The position numbers and the translations under genes were made by a program. A DNA stretch of 64,000 nucleotides. Origin: Coleofasciculus sp. B1-GNL1-01. GTDB lineage: Bacteria; Cyanobacteriota; Cyanobacteriia; Cyanobacteriales; Coleofasciculaceae. The notes beneath the pieces were generated by a model, which had not been told where the DNA came from, made no database searches, and was given only the letters and a program-made list of their open reading frames with translations. The stretch lies in assembly GCA_040220235.1 (NCBI GenBank), contig JAVJTO010000109.1; one strand, written 5' to 3'. Of this stretch, positions 39,124 through 51,099 are shown piece by piece; within the stretch, counting starts at the first letter, position 1, and the number at the start of each line of letters is the position of its first letter.

Positions 39124-40893
39124 ATGACGAATGACAAATCACCACTCAAACGCCTATTTGCCTACGGTCATAACTATCGCACACAAATCAGGCAGGCGAT
39201 CGCCTGTTCGGTTCTGAATAAAATCTTTGACTTAGCGCCACCCGCTTTAATTGGTGCGGCGGTGGATGTGGTAGTACAGCAAGAGGATTCTCTCATCGCC
39301 CAACTTGGCGTCACCGATAGTTTCACTCAACTGTCGATTCTGGCGGTGCTGAGTCTAATCATCTGGGGATTAGAATCCCTGTTTGAATATGCCTACAACC
39401 GACTTTGGCGTAATCTGGCACAGACAATTCAACATGATTTGCGCTTAGATGCTTACTCCCACTTACAATCCCTCGACTTGGCTTATTTTGAGGATCGGAG
39501 TACGGGTCGGTTGATGTCGATTCTCAATGATGATATCAACCAACTGGAACGCTTTCTGGATGTTGGTGCGAATGAAATTCTCCAGGTATCCACCACGGTT
39601 GTCATTGTTGGTGCTACTTTCGTGATTCTGGCACCTGGGGTGTCTTGGATGGCACTTCTCCCCATGCCCTTTATTCTCTGGGGTTCCATCGCCTTTCAGC
39701 GTCGTCTTGCGCCCCGTTATGCTGAGGTTCGGGAAAAGGTGAGTTTACTTAATGGGCAATTAGCCAATAATTTGACCGGAATCACCACAATTAAAAGCTT
39801 TACAGCAGAAGCTTATGAAATTCAGCGCATTAGAGCCCAAAGTGAAGCCTATCGCCAAAGTAACCGTCGCGCGATCGCACTCTCGGCGGCGTTTGTTCCC
39901 CTGATTCGTATCCTTATTTTGTTGGGTTTTATCGGCATTCTTCTCTATGGGGGGATGGAAGCCGTAGCGGGAAGATTAGCGGTTGGTACCTATAGCGTGT
40001 TAGTCTTCCTCACCCAACGCTTACTCTGGCCCCTCACCCGATTAGGACAAACCCTGGATCTCTATCAACGGGCAATGGCGTCTACAACCCGGGTGATGAA
40101 TTTGTTAGATACACCCATTACCATGCATTCGGGGGAGATTTCCTTACCTGTGACTCAGGTCAAAGGTGAGTTAGCGTTAAAAAATATTACCTTTTCCTAT
40201 CAAGGACGCCATCCTGTGATAGAAAATCTTTCCCTGCATATTCCAGCCGGAAAAACCATTGCTATTGTTGGTGCGACAGGTTCCGGGAAAAGTACCCTCG
40301 TCAAGTTATTATTGCGACTCTATGAAGTCCAAGACGGAACCATAACCCTGGATGGGATTGACTTGCGCCAGCTTCAGTTAGCTGATTTACGCCAAGCCAT
40401 TGGTTTAGTCAGCCAGGATGTATTTCTGTTTCATGGCACAGTGCGGGAAAATATTACCTATGGTAGTTTTAATGTCACCTTATCTGAGGTAGAAGCCGCT
40501 GCCGAAATCGCTGAAGCCCATGAATTTATTTGCCAACTTCCCCAAGGCTACGACACAATTATCGGGGAGAGAGGACAAAAGTTATCCGGTGGACAGCAGC
40601 AGCGACTGGCAATTGCCCGTGCTATCTTAAAAAATCCCCCGGTGCTGATCCTCGATGAAGCCACCTCCGCCGTGGATAACGAGACAGAAGCCGCCATTCA
40701 GCGATCGCTAGAGAAGATTACCCAAAACCGAACCACGATCGCGATCGCTCATCGCTTGTCTACTGTACGCAATGCTAATTGTATTTATGTTATGGATAAA
40801 GGTAAATTAGTTGAACAAGGCACCCATGAAGAATTACTGGAGCAACAAGCTATTTATGCGATGCTTTGGCGAGTTCAGTCTGGGGTTAAATAA
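39124..40893 (+). CDS. ABC exporter, fused permease/ATPase (MsbA-like)
   Basis: TM domain; [13 protein letters not shown] and ILDEATS. Confidence 0.95.
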   Translation: MTNDKSPLKRLFAYGHNYRTQIRQAIACSVLNKIFDLAPPALIGAAVDVVVQQEDSLIAQLGVTDSFTQLSILAVLSLIIWGLESLFEYAYNRLWRNLAQTIQHDLRLDAYSHLQSLDLAYFEDRSTGRLMSILNDDINQLERFLDVGANEILQVSTTVVIVGATFVILAPGVSWMALLPMPFILWGSIAFQRRLAPRYAEVREKVSLLNGQLANNLTGITTIKSFTAEAYEIQRIRAQSEAYRQSNRRAIALSAAFVPLIRILILLGFIGILLYGGMEAVAGRLAVGTYSVLVFLTQRLLWPLTRLGQTLDLYQRAMASTTRVMNLLDTPITMHSGEISLPVTQVKGELALKNITFSYQGRHPVIENLSLHIPAGKTIAIVGATGSGKSTLVKLLLRLYEVQDGTITLDGIDLRQLQLADLRQAIGLVSQDVFLFHGTVRENITYGSFNVTLSEVEAAAEIAEAHEFICQLPQGYDTIIGERGQKLSGGQQQRLAIARAILKNPPVLILDEATSAVDNETEAAIQRSLEKITQNRTTIAIAHRLSTVRNANCIYVMDKGKLVEQGTHEELLEQQAIYAMLWRVQSGVK

Positions 40894-40943
40894 TTGTCAT
40901 TTGTCATTGGGAATTGGTCATTTGTCATTGGGGATTATCAACC

Positions 40944-41378
40944 ATGATTATGTTCAGTAAAGCTCAACCAAATAAGCCAGAGGAGCAGTGGAAAGTTAAG
41001 CTAAATCAGTTTGCCAAAGAACATAGTAAGAAACTGGCGGCGCTGTCATGGGGACTCTTTCTAGAGAAGGGCGAAAGCGACGAAACGATAGGAATTGACC
41101 TAAAACCCAGACCCCATTTTGTCTATTGTCCCAAAGCCGCCCTGGAAAAATTAAATCAAAAGGTGGAGAACTATCTTCAAGAAGTAGTAGGTATTGTTAA
41201 TGCTCACCAACCTGATAAAGAAGTGTTAATGATTGGGATTGGTAATGACCAAATTAAGTTAATTCATTTTGAACCAGAATCTCCACCTCCGGTATGTTTT
41301 GAGGAAGTGGGTAAAGATGTCGATACATTAATTGAAGAATTAGAACAGCGTTTGAGCGAATTTGATATTCGTCCTTAG
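40944..41378 (+). CDS. ccmS: Beta-carboxysome assembly chaperone CcmS-like
   Basis: LAALSWGL, IGIDLKP.PHFVYCP, EVLMIGIG and PPPVCFE; start ATG 40944 or 40950. Confidence 0.75.
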   Translation: MIMFSKAQPNKPEEQWKVKLNQFAKEHSKKLAALSWGLFLEKGESDETIGIDLKPRPHFVYCPKAALEKLNQKVENYLQEVVGIVNAHQPDKEVLMIGIGNDQIKLIHFEPESPPPVCFEEVGKDVDTLIEELEQRLSEFDIRP

Positions 41379-41456
41379 TTGTCAAAACACTGATTTCACG
41401 GATTAATTGGAGAGAGTGAGGTAGGGAAGTGAGAGGTTAGTTACACTGATTACACT
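41379..41456 (+). repeat. 78-bp dispersed repeat, copy B (inverted relative to A)
   Basis: See 39032-39109. Confidence 0.85.
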
Positions 41457-41611
41457 GAGTTACATCAGGGTGAAAACCTCCCCGTTAGCAGTAAAACCCA
41501 CCCCTACAATTCCCCCAGCTCCCCCAGCTCCCCTGTACCCCTGCATCCTCATCCTGCGATCGGTACAATATTGAACAATAGTCAACAAACTACCATCCAA
41601 CTCTGCTAACT

Positions 41612-42385
41612 ATGACGCCTGACGTAAAAACGTTACCCCAGGAACCGACTGACACGAGTGAAACCGACTACCTCGACGAACTTCCCAACGATGTCGAGAT
41701 GTCGCTGTTTGATCACCTAGAAGAGTTGCGGCGGCGAATTTTCTATTCGCTGCTGGCTGTAGCCGTTGGTGCGATCGGCTGCTTTGTAGCAGTTAAGTAC
41801 ATTGTTCAGGTATTGGAAATCCCGGCTCAAGGCGTTAAGTTTTTGCAATTAGCTCCCGGTGAATACTTCTTTGTTTCCCTGAAAGTAGCGGGTTACAGTG
41901 GTTTGCTGGTGGCGACACCGTTCATTCTTTACCAAGTGATTCAGTTTGTCTTACCGGGATTGACTCGCCGCGAACAACGCTTGATTGCGCCTATAGTTTT
42001 AGGGTCGAGTATTCTGTTCTTTGTCGGGTTAGCATTTTCCTACATTGCTTTAATTCCCGCCGCGCTGAAATTCTTTATTAGTTACGGCGCTGATGTCGTT
42101 GAGCAAGCTTGGTCAATTGAACGGTATTTTGAATTTGTGCTGCTTCTCATGTTCAGCACGGGGATAGCTTTTCAAGTCCCAATTATTCAGCTTCTCTTGG
42201 GAAATTTAGGAATTGTCTCATCCTCTCAAATGCTTTCCGGTTGGCGGATTGTTATTTTAGGTGCAGTGATTTTAGGCGCTGTTTTAACCCCCTCCACTGA
42301 TCCTCTGACTCAAAGCTTACTCGCTGGTGCGGTTATCGGTCTTTACTTTGGCGGAATTGGTATGGTTAAGTTATCAGGAAAGTAA
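41612..42385 (+). CDS. tatC: Twin-arginine translocase subunit TatC
   Basis: [22 protein letters not shown] and TPSTDP. Confidence 0.97.
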   Translation: MTPDVKTLPQEPTDTSETDYLDELPNDVEMSLFDHLEELRRRIFYSLLAVAVGAIGCFVAVKYIVQVLEIPAQGVKFLQLAPGEYFFVSLKVAGYSGLLVATPFILYQVIQFVLPGLTRREQRLIAPIVLGSSILFFVGLAFSYIALIPAALKFFISYGADVVEQAWSIERYFEFVLLLMFSTGIAFQVPIIQLLLGNLGIVSSSQMLSGWRIVILGAVILGAVLTPSTDPLTQSLLAGAVIGLYFGGIGMVKLSGK

Positions 42386-42545
42386 TTGAGTTCGTAGTTT
42401 GTAGTACGGGAACTTTAGCCTGTTACGTTTGTAGTACGGGCTTTAGCCTGTTAAAATTCTGGGTTGACTATTAGCGTAACAGCGATCGTTCAGGAATAGT
42501 TGTTTACCCCCACGCGATCGCGAATCACCTGGAGCCTTGAAGCCT

Positions 42546-45500
42546 TTACCAAGGACTACCAATCATCGTAAACGCCGCCCAATAATAAGGATGAGAGAAA
42601 TTTTTGTCGGGCAATTCCGATACAACGGGGCGATTTTCCCCTTCTCCCAACCCCCGTAATTCTCCTGATTCCACACGCACCTCCCCTCGCAGCATGGCGA
42701 TTTGGGCGCGTCGCAGTGCCTCGGCTTTAATCGTTACATCCGGCTGACCCAATTGGTTGTAGAATCCACTCATTAAGGCAAAAGAGCCGCCATCATCAAC
42801 AGACCAAAGACTGGCTAAAGCTGACTTAACCCCAGCTTTCACCGCTAATCCGGCAAAGCCTAACTCGGCTTCGACACTGCCAAAAGCGGTACGACAGGCG
42901 CTTAAAACCAAAAGGTCTACTTGGGGCTTCTCATGCCAGCCCAGTTGTCGCATTTGGTCGAGTTGCAGTTTCGTGTCCCAAAGCTGAATATAAGAATTGC
43001 TGGGGTCTCCCTCCTGGAAATTGGCGTGACTGGCAAGGTGGATGATTTGCCAAGGTTCTTGTTGGCGCTTTTGTTGCAGATTCTGGAGGGTGAATTGGTC
43101 GTTGAGGTAGGCGTCTCCTGACCAGACTTGTTGGGTAATGGTTTCCAGTTCGATAGGGACAGCAGGTAAGGGTCTTTGGTCAGTAAATTCAGAGGCACCC
43201 ATGGCTAGGACTGGCGCATCTTTGACGGGATTGTAGCGGGTATTGGTCAGGCTGATGCTGGGGATGGAACCGAGGGCATATTTTTCGATGAGAAACTGTT
43301 CCCCGTCGTGTAAAGCCGCCATGGGGATGGTGCGTAAACCCGCGTCCATGGCAAAGATGAGGGTGTCAATACCGAGGGCTTCTAGATGTGGTTCTAGGGG
43401 GGCAATCATCCAACTATAGAGTTGTTGGGCGGAAGGTTTCAGGGAGTCTGGGGGCAGGTCAGAGTTGGTGACTAGTTTATAGAATTCGTTGAGTTTTTTC
43501 TGGAAGGCTGCACGATTAGCTTCGGGAATGGTTTTGCGGATGGGAGTACCGTCGGGAACAACCATGATGAGTTCCAGTTGGTCGGGTAGGGAAACGGCGT
43601 AGACGATAACTGGGTGAGTGCCCGTTTCAGCAGTAATGGTTTTGAGAGTATTGCGAATGGTTTCGACGCTGGCTTCTTCGTTGGCAATGTCTTCACCTAA
43701 GTAGTCTTCGTATTCTCCTTCAAATAGGTCATCAATGGCGGGAATGGCATCATTGAGGTTTTGAGTTAGTAGGTTGGGGATGTTGATGCGTCCGGTGTCT
43801 AGGTTTCCTGTACCGGGAATATTCCAGACAAAGCTAGATTCTCCGGTGAGGGGGTCTTGGTTGGCTGAGGTTTCAGCGCCGAGAATATCGCCAATGAGAA
43901 AGGCTAAATCGGTTTGGGCGCCGTCGGGGGAATCAGAGGGGCGTTCTGAACCCTCTGGGGGAGATGGGGGAGTAGGGGGTTCTGGGTTAGAACCAGGTGC
44001 GGGGACAGAGATGATTTGAATCCCGTCTTGGGTGTGGGTGTAGGGAAATTCGGCTGTAGGGGAAATGGTTTGTTCAGGTACGGTATTTCCGGTGGTAATT
44101 GCCCCGGCTGTACCGTTGGTGTTGGCATCACCGACAATAAAGGGAGTGACGCCTGCGCCGCCGTGACGAATCGTGATTGTACCGCCTGCGGTGACGCCGC
44201 CTGTGGAAATGCTGGCGGTTGTGCCGTTGAGATTTGGGAAAGTGTCAGTGACGCGGAAGAAGCCGGAGGTAGTGATATCGACAGCGCCGCCTGTGCCAGC
44301 AATGCCACCTTCGGTGTTAATGCCTGTGACGGTAATATTGCCACTATCTGAGTTGAGGGTAATTTTACCCCCATTGTTAATGGCTGAATTAGAGAAGATG
44401 GGTAGTGAACCTATATTGATGTTGGTGGCAGCATTGAGGGTCATATCACCGCCATTACCATTGCCGGAAAAAGAACCGATACCGCTTCTGATAGTCAGGC
44501 TTTCATCGAGAATAGTAATGGAACCACCACTATCAAGGTTAATCGTACCAGCATCCCCATTCGTCGCACTAGATGAGATGCTGTTGCTGGTAATATTTCC
44601 TGCGGCATTGAGGCTGATATTGCCGCCATTTTCATTGCCTAAAGTAGTCACTAGGGATGTGGTAATATCAGCCTCACGACTGGTGAGGTTTATCTCTCCA
44701 CCATCACCATTAGCTCCATTAGCATTGATGCTATCTGTGGAAATGCCGTTAGCCGCTTGCAGAGTAATATTGCCGCCTGTGTTATTACTGAAAGAGCTAA
44801 TAATGTCTGTGGTGATTTCATCGCCACTGGTGAGGCGAATCTCTCCACCATTATTGGTAACGCCCCAGGATAAGATGTTTTCGGTGGTAATGTTACCCCC
44901 GGCATTAAGAGTGATGTTGCCGCCATTGGTGTTGCCTGAAACGTTGATAAGGGCTGTAGTAATATTGCTATCGCTATCCAAGTGAATAGTGCCGCCAGTG
45001 CCGTTGCTGCTAGTGGCTAATATACTATCAGTAGAGATGTTACCTATGGCAGTGAGAGTGATAGTTCCGCCATTTTGATGATCGACAACGCTGAGACTAC
45101 CTGTGCTAATTTCACCACTTTTACTGGTCAGGCGAATAGTTCCACCATTATTGAGTGTGCCATTACTGTTTATATGGTTGGTAATGATATTACCAGAGGC
45201 ATTGAGGGTAACCGTGCCGCCAGTCCCATTACTTTCAGTAGTAAGAATCCCGGTACTCGTGTTAATCCCGCCTCGGTTATTTATTAAAGTAATATTTCCA
45301 CCTGTGATATTACTGGCTGTGATATCGCCACTGGCATTATTCGTTAAGCCATCACCTGTACCGAGAATTAAGGTTGTATCGCCTGTGCCGGAATTGAGAG
45401 TGACTCCAGGGGTGATGGAGATAACCGCTTGACCAGAGTCGCGAAAAGCATTGACGACTCCATTGGCAGTCGTTTCATTGGCAATTAGGGTGAGATTGCC

Positions 45501-48500
45501 GTTATCGGTGGAGATAGAGGAATTGACGATAATACGGCGTCCTGCCTGCATGGTCAGGTCACCGCCATTACCACTAGGATTGGTGCTGATAATGGCACGG
45601 TTCACGGTAATATCATTATTGGCTTGTAGCACTACAGTTGTACCAAAGCTCAGGGTTTGTTGTAACGTACTGGGGGCAAGTGTAACGGTAGCACTGGGGT
45701 CGCTGTTAAAGCGGAACTGATTTGGCTCAAAAATGGGAGTTGAAAGGCGAGTGGGATTGCTAGGCGCAACAGTTATCCAATCATTGCCTTCACTGGTAAA
45801 TCTGACTAAAAATGTGCTATTCACAGCGTCTTCAACCACTGTAATTGGATTGTCATAAACTGTGCGACCAATAATACTGTTTTGAGAATTGATAGTATTG
45901 ATGTCATCCCGCGTTCTTCCCGTGCTGCCATTACCCCAGGTCACCGCCCCCGCACTCTCTACCGCCTCGTTCTCCCAGTCAGAGTTACGAACCACGTAAT
46001 GACCGTTGCTCAGTGCCAGCACACCACCATTGCCCAGTCGATCAAAATCTTGAGTCCCCACCACACTATTGTCCAGTGACACTTTTCCCGTGATGCCAGT
46101 AGCGCCATTGCCCCAGGTCACTGCCCCCGCACTCTCTACCTCCCCGTTAGCCCAGTTGCGACTGCTAACTACATAATTGCCGTTAGTCAGCGCTACCACA
46201 GCATTGCTGATTACGTGTTCTCCTCCGCCTACTCGGTCAAAATCTTGAGTACCCACCAAACTATTGCTGAGTTCCACTTCACCCGTGATGCCAGTAGTGC
46301 CATTGCCCCAGGTCACTGCCCCGACATTCTCTACCATCCCGTTGTCCCAGTTGGGGCTGCGGATCAGGTAATTGCCGTTGGTCAGCGCCACCACACCCTC
46401 ACTGCCCACTTCGTCATTTTCTTGAGTCCCCACCAAACTGTTGTCAGCAGAAACCTCTTCAGAGATGCCAGTAGTGCCATTGCCCCAGGTAGCTGCCCCC
46501 CGATTCCCGTTCCAGTAGGGGCTAATAACCACGTAATTGCCGTTGGTCAGCGCCACCACGCCTTCACTGCCCACTTCGTCATCTGGTTGAGTACCCACCA
46601 AACTATTGCCGAGTGCCACTTCCCCCATGATGCCAGTAGCGCCATCGCCCCAAGTCACCGCCCCAGCATTCACTGCCTCCTTGTCTGGGTTGTCCCAGTT
46701 TGGACTGCGAACCACGTAATTGCCGTTACTCAGAGCCACCACGCCTTCACTGCCAACTCGGTCATCTTTTTGAGTACCTACCAAACTATTGTCGAGTGCC
46801 ACTTCCCCCATGATGCCAGTAGCGCCATCGCCCCAAGTCACCGCCCCAGCATTATCTACCTCCTTGTCTTGGTTGTACCAGCCGGGGCTACTAACCACGT
46901 AGTTGCCGTTGGTTAGCGCAGTTACGCCCCCACTACCCACTCGGTCATCTTTTTGAGTACCTACCAAACTATTGCCGAGTGCCACTTCCCCCATGATGCC
47001 AGTAGCGCCATCGCCCCAAGTCACCGCCCCAGCATTCGCTGCCTCCTTGTCTGGGTTGTCCCAGTTGGGGCTGCTGACCACGTAATTGCCGTTACTCAGA
47101 GCCACCACGCCATCACTGCCCACTAGGTCTTCAGCTTGAGTCCCGACCAAACTATTGTCCGATGCCACCGCCTCAGTGATACCTATGCTGCCATCGCCCC
47201 AAGTCACCGCCCCAGCATTACCTGCCTCCTTGTCTGGGTTGTCCCAGTTGGGGCTGTTAACCACGTAATTACCGTTAGTCAACGCCACCACACCCTCACT
47301 GCCCACTCGGTCGTTTTCTTGAGTACCCACTAAACTATTGGAGGTGGAAACTTGCCCTGTAATACCTATGCTGCCATCGCCCCAAGTCACCGCCCCAGCA
47401 TTACCTGCCTCCTTGTCTGGGTTATCCCAGTTGGGGCTGTTAACCACGTAATTACCGTTGGTCAACGCCACCACACCCTCACTGCCCACTCGGTCGTTTT
47501 CTTGAGTACCCACCAAACTATTGGAGGTGGAAACTTGCCCTGTGATACCTATGCTGCCATCGCCCCAAGTCACCGCCCCAGCATTCGCTGTCACTGGAGT
47601 TGAGTCTCCGTTATCCCTGTCCCAGTTGGGGCTGCTGACCACGTAATTACCGTTGGTCAGCGCCACCACGCCCTCACTGCCCACTCGGTCATTTTCTTGA
47701 GAACCCGTCAAAGTGCTAATTAATTCTCCTGTAGCACCGTCATAAAGATAAACCGCTCCCGCATTCTCTGCCGCAAAGTTATCCCTCGGCTTAGTTACCA
47801 CCACATTCCCGGTACTCAACGGTACAATATGCTCACCAAACTCCGTGCCACCACCAGCATTGGGGTCAATGAGGTCAAACAACTGCGGGAATTCCGTACC
47901 CTCGACATCATCAATCACAATATTTTTCGGGTCAAGCAATAACGTCCCAGCGTCTCCATTCACCGCCCCCGCTTCCACAACCCCTGCCATCGCCAGTGTC
48001 TCTTTCCCCGACACTTCCACAAACCCACCATCACCCTGCACTGCACCCCCCCGCGCCTGAATCGTACCCGCAAATTGGGTGAGTTGGTCTGACCAAACAA
48101 TCACTTTACCCGCATTTCCTACGGTTAGCGCATCTGCCTTGAGAATAGTGGCATGATTAATCAGCGTATTTTGAGCATTGACCATCCCCCCTTGCCCCAA
48201 ATTCAGGGGATTTCCCTGAAAATCACCCCCGACTAAAATCTCTCCACCCCCACTATTACCACTCACATCCACATCCGCCGCTAATAGCCGCACATCCTGA
48301 CCAAACAGATGCACAGAACCGCCCACCTCTCCTGTGGCATCAAAGCTACCAGAGGTGGTTAATTGAGTCTCCTCTCCCCCATAAACCCCAATCTTTCCCC
48401 CTTCCTGAGTCCCCGTCGCCGAAGTCAAAGCACTCGCGGTCTGAATCAGCGTCCCCGTATAATCAATCTGAATTTCTCCACCCTGACCATTACTACCATT

Positions 48501-49481
48501 GGCACTCAGCCTGCCACTATCCAACAAATTCTTCGTCTCAATCTGGATATGCCCCCCATTCTGCCCATCTGCGGTAATTTCCCCCTGGTTATACACCACC
48601 GTTCCTGCCAGATTAACTTCTCCGGCATCAGGACTATCCACAGAAACTTGTCCCTGATTATTTACTTGTCCCCCAGTCCCCGTTAACAATACCGCCAAAT
48701 CCAAGGGCTGAACCGGGATAACCTCTCCCTCACCATCCTGGGGTGGGACAAACTCCAAACTCAACAAATGCCCCGGTTGACTCACCCGGACTAAATTCTC
48801 CCCGGCTACAGCCGCAATAGTAATCGTTCCCCCCGGTGCGGTGAGTTCTCCCTGATTGGTTACACTTCCCCCCAGTAAGGTTAAAGTCTGACCCTCACCG
48901 ACGACCAAATTCCCCTCATTGACAATACTGCCCGACTGCGCCAAATCAAAGGCAAACTGACTAGGATTCCCAATTAACGTGTCGTAGTTATTATCACCAA
49001 AAGCATTAAACCAACCATTCTCCTCAAACCCAATTCCCGTCGCCGTAGTTGCGGTAAAATCCCCCATCACATTTAACTGAGAATTCGCACCAAAAATGAT
49101 CCCGGCTGGATTCATTAAAAATAAATTAGCGTTCCCCCCCGTCACCTGAATCAACCCATCAATCATTGAGGCATTTCCGCCCATCACACGGGCTAAGATA
49201 TTTTGAATATCTGGCGTAGAGAGAAAATTAGCAATCTCATGGGCAGAGAGTCCAAACTCCTGAAAACTATGAAACAGGTTAGCCCCATCCCCCGATAAAG
49301 AACCCCCCGAAATATCGTACTGATTGCCATCAATCGTCACCACCGTACCCGTACCATCTTCAGCCTGGGTAATCGATTGCGCCTGAACTGGAGACATGGC
49401 ATGAAGCGTAACCATGCCCAGAGAAATTATTCCCCCTAAAGAGAATAATCCAGGTAACTTGCCAACGGAGGAGTTGCACAT
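42546..49481 (-). CDS. Filamentous haemagglutinin-like (TPS) exoprotein with DUF5650-like repeats and C-terminal CHAT domain
   Basis: Signal peptide; NLFHSFQEF and NPAGIIFG TPS motifs; about 10 x 61-aa repeats; IHLASHA, VLSAC and HPYYWAAF. Confidence 0.92.
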   Translation of the reverse strand: MCNSSVGKLPGLFSLGGIISLGMVTLHAMSPVQAQSITQAEDGTGTVVTIDGNQYDISGGSLSGDGANLFHSFQEFGLSAHEIANFLSTPDIQNILARVMGGNASMIDGLIQVTGGNANLFLMNPAGIIFGANSQLNVMGDFTATTATGIGFEENGWFNAFGDNNYDTLIGNPSQFAFDLAQSGSIVNEGNLVVGEGQTLTLLGGSVTNQGELTAPGGTITIAAVAGENLVRVSQPGHLLSLEFVPPQDGEGEVIPVQPLDLAVLLTGTGGQVNNQGQVSVDSPDAGEVNLAGTVVYNQGEITADGQNGGHIQIETKNLLDSGRLSANGSNGQGGEIQIDYTGTLIQTASALTSATGTQEGGKIGVYGGEETQLTTSGSFDATGEVGGSVHLFGQDVRLLAADVDVSGNSGGGEILVGGDFQGNPLNLGQGGMVNAQNTLINHATILKADALTVGNAGKVIVWSDQLTQFAGTIQARGGAVQGDGGFVEVSGKETLAMAGVVEAGAVNGDAGTLLLDPKNIVIDDVEGTEFPQLFDLIDPNAGGGTEFGEHIVPLSTGNVVVTKPRDNFAAENAGAVYLYDGATGELISTLTGSQENDRVGSEGVVALTNGNYVVSSPNWDRDNGDSTPVTANAGAVTWGDGSIGITGQVSTSNSLVGTQENDRVGSEGVVALTNGNYVVNSPNWDNPDKEAGNAGAVTWGDGSIGITGQVSTSNSLVGTQENDRVGSEGVVALTNGNYVVNSPNWDNPDKEAGNAGAVTWGDGSIGITEAVASDNSLVGTQAEDLVGSDGVVALSNGNYVVSSPNWDNPDKEAANAGAVTWGDGATGIMGEVALGNSLVGTQKDDRVGSGGVTALTNGNYVVSSPGWYNQDKEVDNAGAVTWGDGATGIMGEVALDNSLVGTQKDDRVGSEGVVALSNGNYVVRSPNWDNPDKEAVNAGAVTWGDGATGIMGEVALGNSLVGTQPDDEVGSEGVVALTNGNYVVISPYWNGNRGAATWGNGTTGISEEVSADNSLVGTQENDEVGSEGVVALTNGNYLIRSPNWDNGMVENVGAVTWGNGTTGITGEVELSNSLVGTQDFDRVGGGEHVISNAVVALTNGNYVVSSRNWANGEVESAGAVTWGNGATGITGKVSLDNSVVGTQDFDRLGNGGVLALSNGHYVVRNSDWENEAVESAGAVTWGNGSTGRTRDDINTINSQNSIIGRTVYDNPITVVEDAVNSTFLVRFTSEGNDWITVAPSNPTRLSTPIFEPNQFRFNSDPSATVTLAPSTLQQTLSFGTTVVLQANNDITVNRAIISTNPSGNGGDLTMQAGRRIIVNSSISTDNGNLTLIANETTANGVVNAFRDSGQAVISITPGVTLNSGTGDTTLILGTGDGLTNNASGDITASNITGGNITLINNRGGINTSTGILTTESNGTGGTVTLNASGNIITNHINSNGTLNNGGTIRLTSKSGEISTGSLSVVDHQNGGTITLTAIGNISTDSILATSSNGTGGTIHLDSDSNITTALINVSGNTNGGNITLNAGGNITTENILSWGVTNNGGEIRLTSGDEITTDIISSFSNNTGGNITLQAANGISTDSINANGANGDGGEINLTSREADITTSLVTTLGNENGGNISLNAAGNITSNSISSSATNGDAGTINLDSGGSITILDESLTIRSGIGSFSGNGNGGDMTLNAATNINIGSLPIFSNSAINNGGKITLNSDSGNITVTGINTEGGIAGTGGAVDITTSGFFRVTDTFPNLNGTTASISTGGVTAGGTITIRHGGAGVTPFIVGDANTNGTAGAITTGNTVPEQTISPTAEFPYTHTQDGIQIISVPAPGSNPEPPTPPSPPEGSERPSDSPDGAQTDLAFLIGDILGAETSANQDPLTGESSFVWNIPGTGNLDTGRINIPNLLTQNLNDAIPAIDDLFEGEYEDYLGEDIANEEASVETIRNTLKTITAETGTHPVIVYAVSLPDQLELIMVVPDGTPIRKTIPEANRAAFQKKLNEFYKLVTNSDLPPDSLKPSAQQLYSWMIAPLEPHLEALGIDTLIFAMDAGLRTIPMAALHDGEQFLIEKYALGSIPSISLTNTRYNPVKDAPVLAMGASEFTDQRPLPAVPIELETITQQVWSGDAYLNDQFTLQNLQQKRQQEPWQIIHLASHANFQEGDPSNSYIQLWDTKLQLDQMRQLGWHEKPQVDLLVLSACRTAFGSVEAELGFAGLAVKAGVKSALASLWSVDDGGSFALMSGFYNQLGQPDVTIKAEALRRAQIAMLRGEVRVESGELRGLGEGENRPVVSELPDKNFSHPYYWAAFTMIGSPW

Positions 49482-49983
49482 TTTTCTAACCTGATTTCAC
49501 AAATATGCCTAGAAGAATAATGGCACATTTTTTTGAGAATGGCTCAGGGGAAGTTGACCAAAATTTCGGATTAACCTCAGGGAATATTAGTCTCAAACTG
49601 CTACAACCGTTACGCCTGTTCTCTTAGGGGTTGATGTTGTGAATCTTTGACTTAATATTTGGTTACAAAAAATTAATTTAACCAAGAGTCACCTTAACGG
49701 TTCACAGGCGGTTGTAGACGCCCAACCCAGATAGATTCAGTCAGGTCGTACAAAGTATTACCTTTACGTCATTACTCTCCCGATTGTAAATAAATATGAA
49801 AAGTATTTACCCTGAGTAACGAATCCGATTTAATAGGAGATGTGCTGTACAGGCATCTACCACCAATCCCTCATCAAATTAAGCAGTTTTACCTAAATAT
49901 TCAGGGAACTTTCGACCGAGTAGCACGACTAGCTAGAAATAACTGGAAACACCTAAATATTAATTCAGGGAATAGCGAGTATT

Positions 49984-50820
49984 ATGACAAAAACAACCTA
50001 CTCTCTACTCTTAGCAACCACCTCATTGGTTTGCTCTCTTTCACTGGTGAGCTTCTCGCGCTACGCCACCCCAGTGCTGGCAGAATCTCAACCCGTTAAT
50101 TCATTCACCAGTAACCTTTTCTCTGGTTCATTGGCGATCGGATTCAAATCTCCACGAACTGAAGGAGAACCTAAAGAAAGCGGCACACTCGGCACTCGTG
50201 GCGGATGTCTTACCGATGAATCTTTATCTCCTTCTCTGACTCCGCTAACACCGGGTACTGTGCAAGGATTAACCGAACATCTGGACAGTGTGGAGGAATA
50301 TCCCACGTTAACCGTAAGTGAACATCCCACCTTCTTCGTCTATGTACCCGAAACCAGTGCCAAAACTGCCACGTTTATTTTGACGGATAGCGACGTAACT
50401 GAACTGGTTTACTATACCACTATTGAGCTTCCGGAAACTCCGGGTATTATCAGCATCAAAGTCCCCACAGATCAAGACTCATTAGAGATTGATCGCGTTT
50501 ACAAATGGACATTTAGCCTGCAATGCCACTCAGCCGGTGCCGATGGAACTCCGAAAGTGATGGGATGGATTAAACGCACTGAACCCAACCCAGCTTTAGA
50601 AAAAGACCTAGACAAGGTGAAGCCTTTGGAGTTAGCGGCATTGTACGGAAATCATGGCGTTTGGCATGACCTTTTAGCCACATTGGTTGATTTGAGACTG
50701 TCTCACCCAGAGGATTCTAACCTAACAATGATGTGGGAAAATCTGCTCAAATCAGAATCCGTGAAACTAGAAAAAATTTCTCAAGCGCCTCTGGTTGAAA
50801 GTACGCCAGTTGAGTATTGA
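49984..50820 (+). CDS. DUF928 domain exported protein
   Basis: GTRGGC, HPTFFVYVP, PGIISI, YKWTFSLQC and GVWHDLL. Confidence 0.9.
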   Translation: MTKTTYSLLLATTSLVCSLSLVSFSRYATPVLAESQPVNSFTSNLFSGSLAIGFKSPRTEGEPKESGTLGTRGGCLTDESLSPSLTPLTPGTVQGLTEHLDSVEEYPTLTVSEHPTFFVYVPETSAKTATFILTDSDVTELVYYTTIELPETPGIISIKVPTDQDSLEIDRVYKWTFSLQCHSAGADGTPKVMGWIKRTEPNPALEKDLDKVKPLELAALYGNHGVWHDLLATLVDLRLSHPEDSNLTMMWENLLKSESVKLEKISQAPLVESTPVEY

Positions 50821-50975
50821 GAATTTGGCGAGGATGGCAATGGGTGGGGAGAAGTTGAGACGAAAACATTGGAAATCCAATTGACTAAATTAAGTCAAAT
50901 TGTAATGGCGTGACATGGCTAAACTGGTGGAATTTTCTGGACGCACGTTGGTAAAGGGCTCACGTTGGGAAATCT

Positions 50976-50999
50976 GGGCGCACGTCAGTGCGCCCCTAC
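50976..50999 (-). repeat. GTAG-type REP hairpin
   Basis: GGGCGCACGTCAGTGCGCCCCTAC. Confidence 0.75.
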
Positions 51000-51099
51000 A
51001 GTGCCTATTACGAATCTGTTTTAATTCAATGGCATTCAATTAATAACAAAGGACAAAAGGACAAAAGACCAATGACCAATGACCAATGACCAATGACCA

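Noticed and set aside
44016..47603. Several long plus-strand ORFs (e.g. 44173-44985, 46215-46916)
   Set aside because: Antisense shadows of the repetitive exoprotein
49748..49761. GTA-N8-TAC NtcA-like box between CHAT and DUF928
   Set aside because: No properly spaced -10 element; such matches arise by chance
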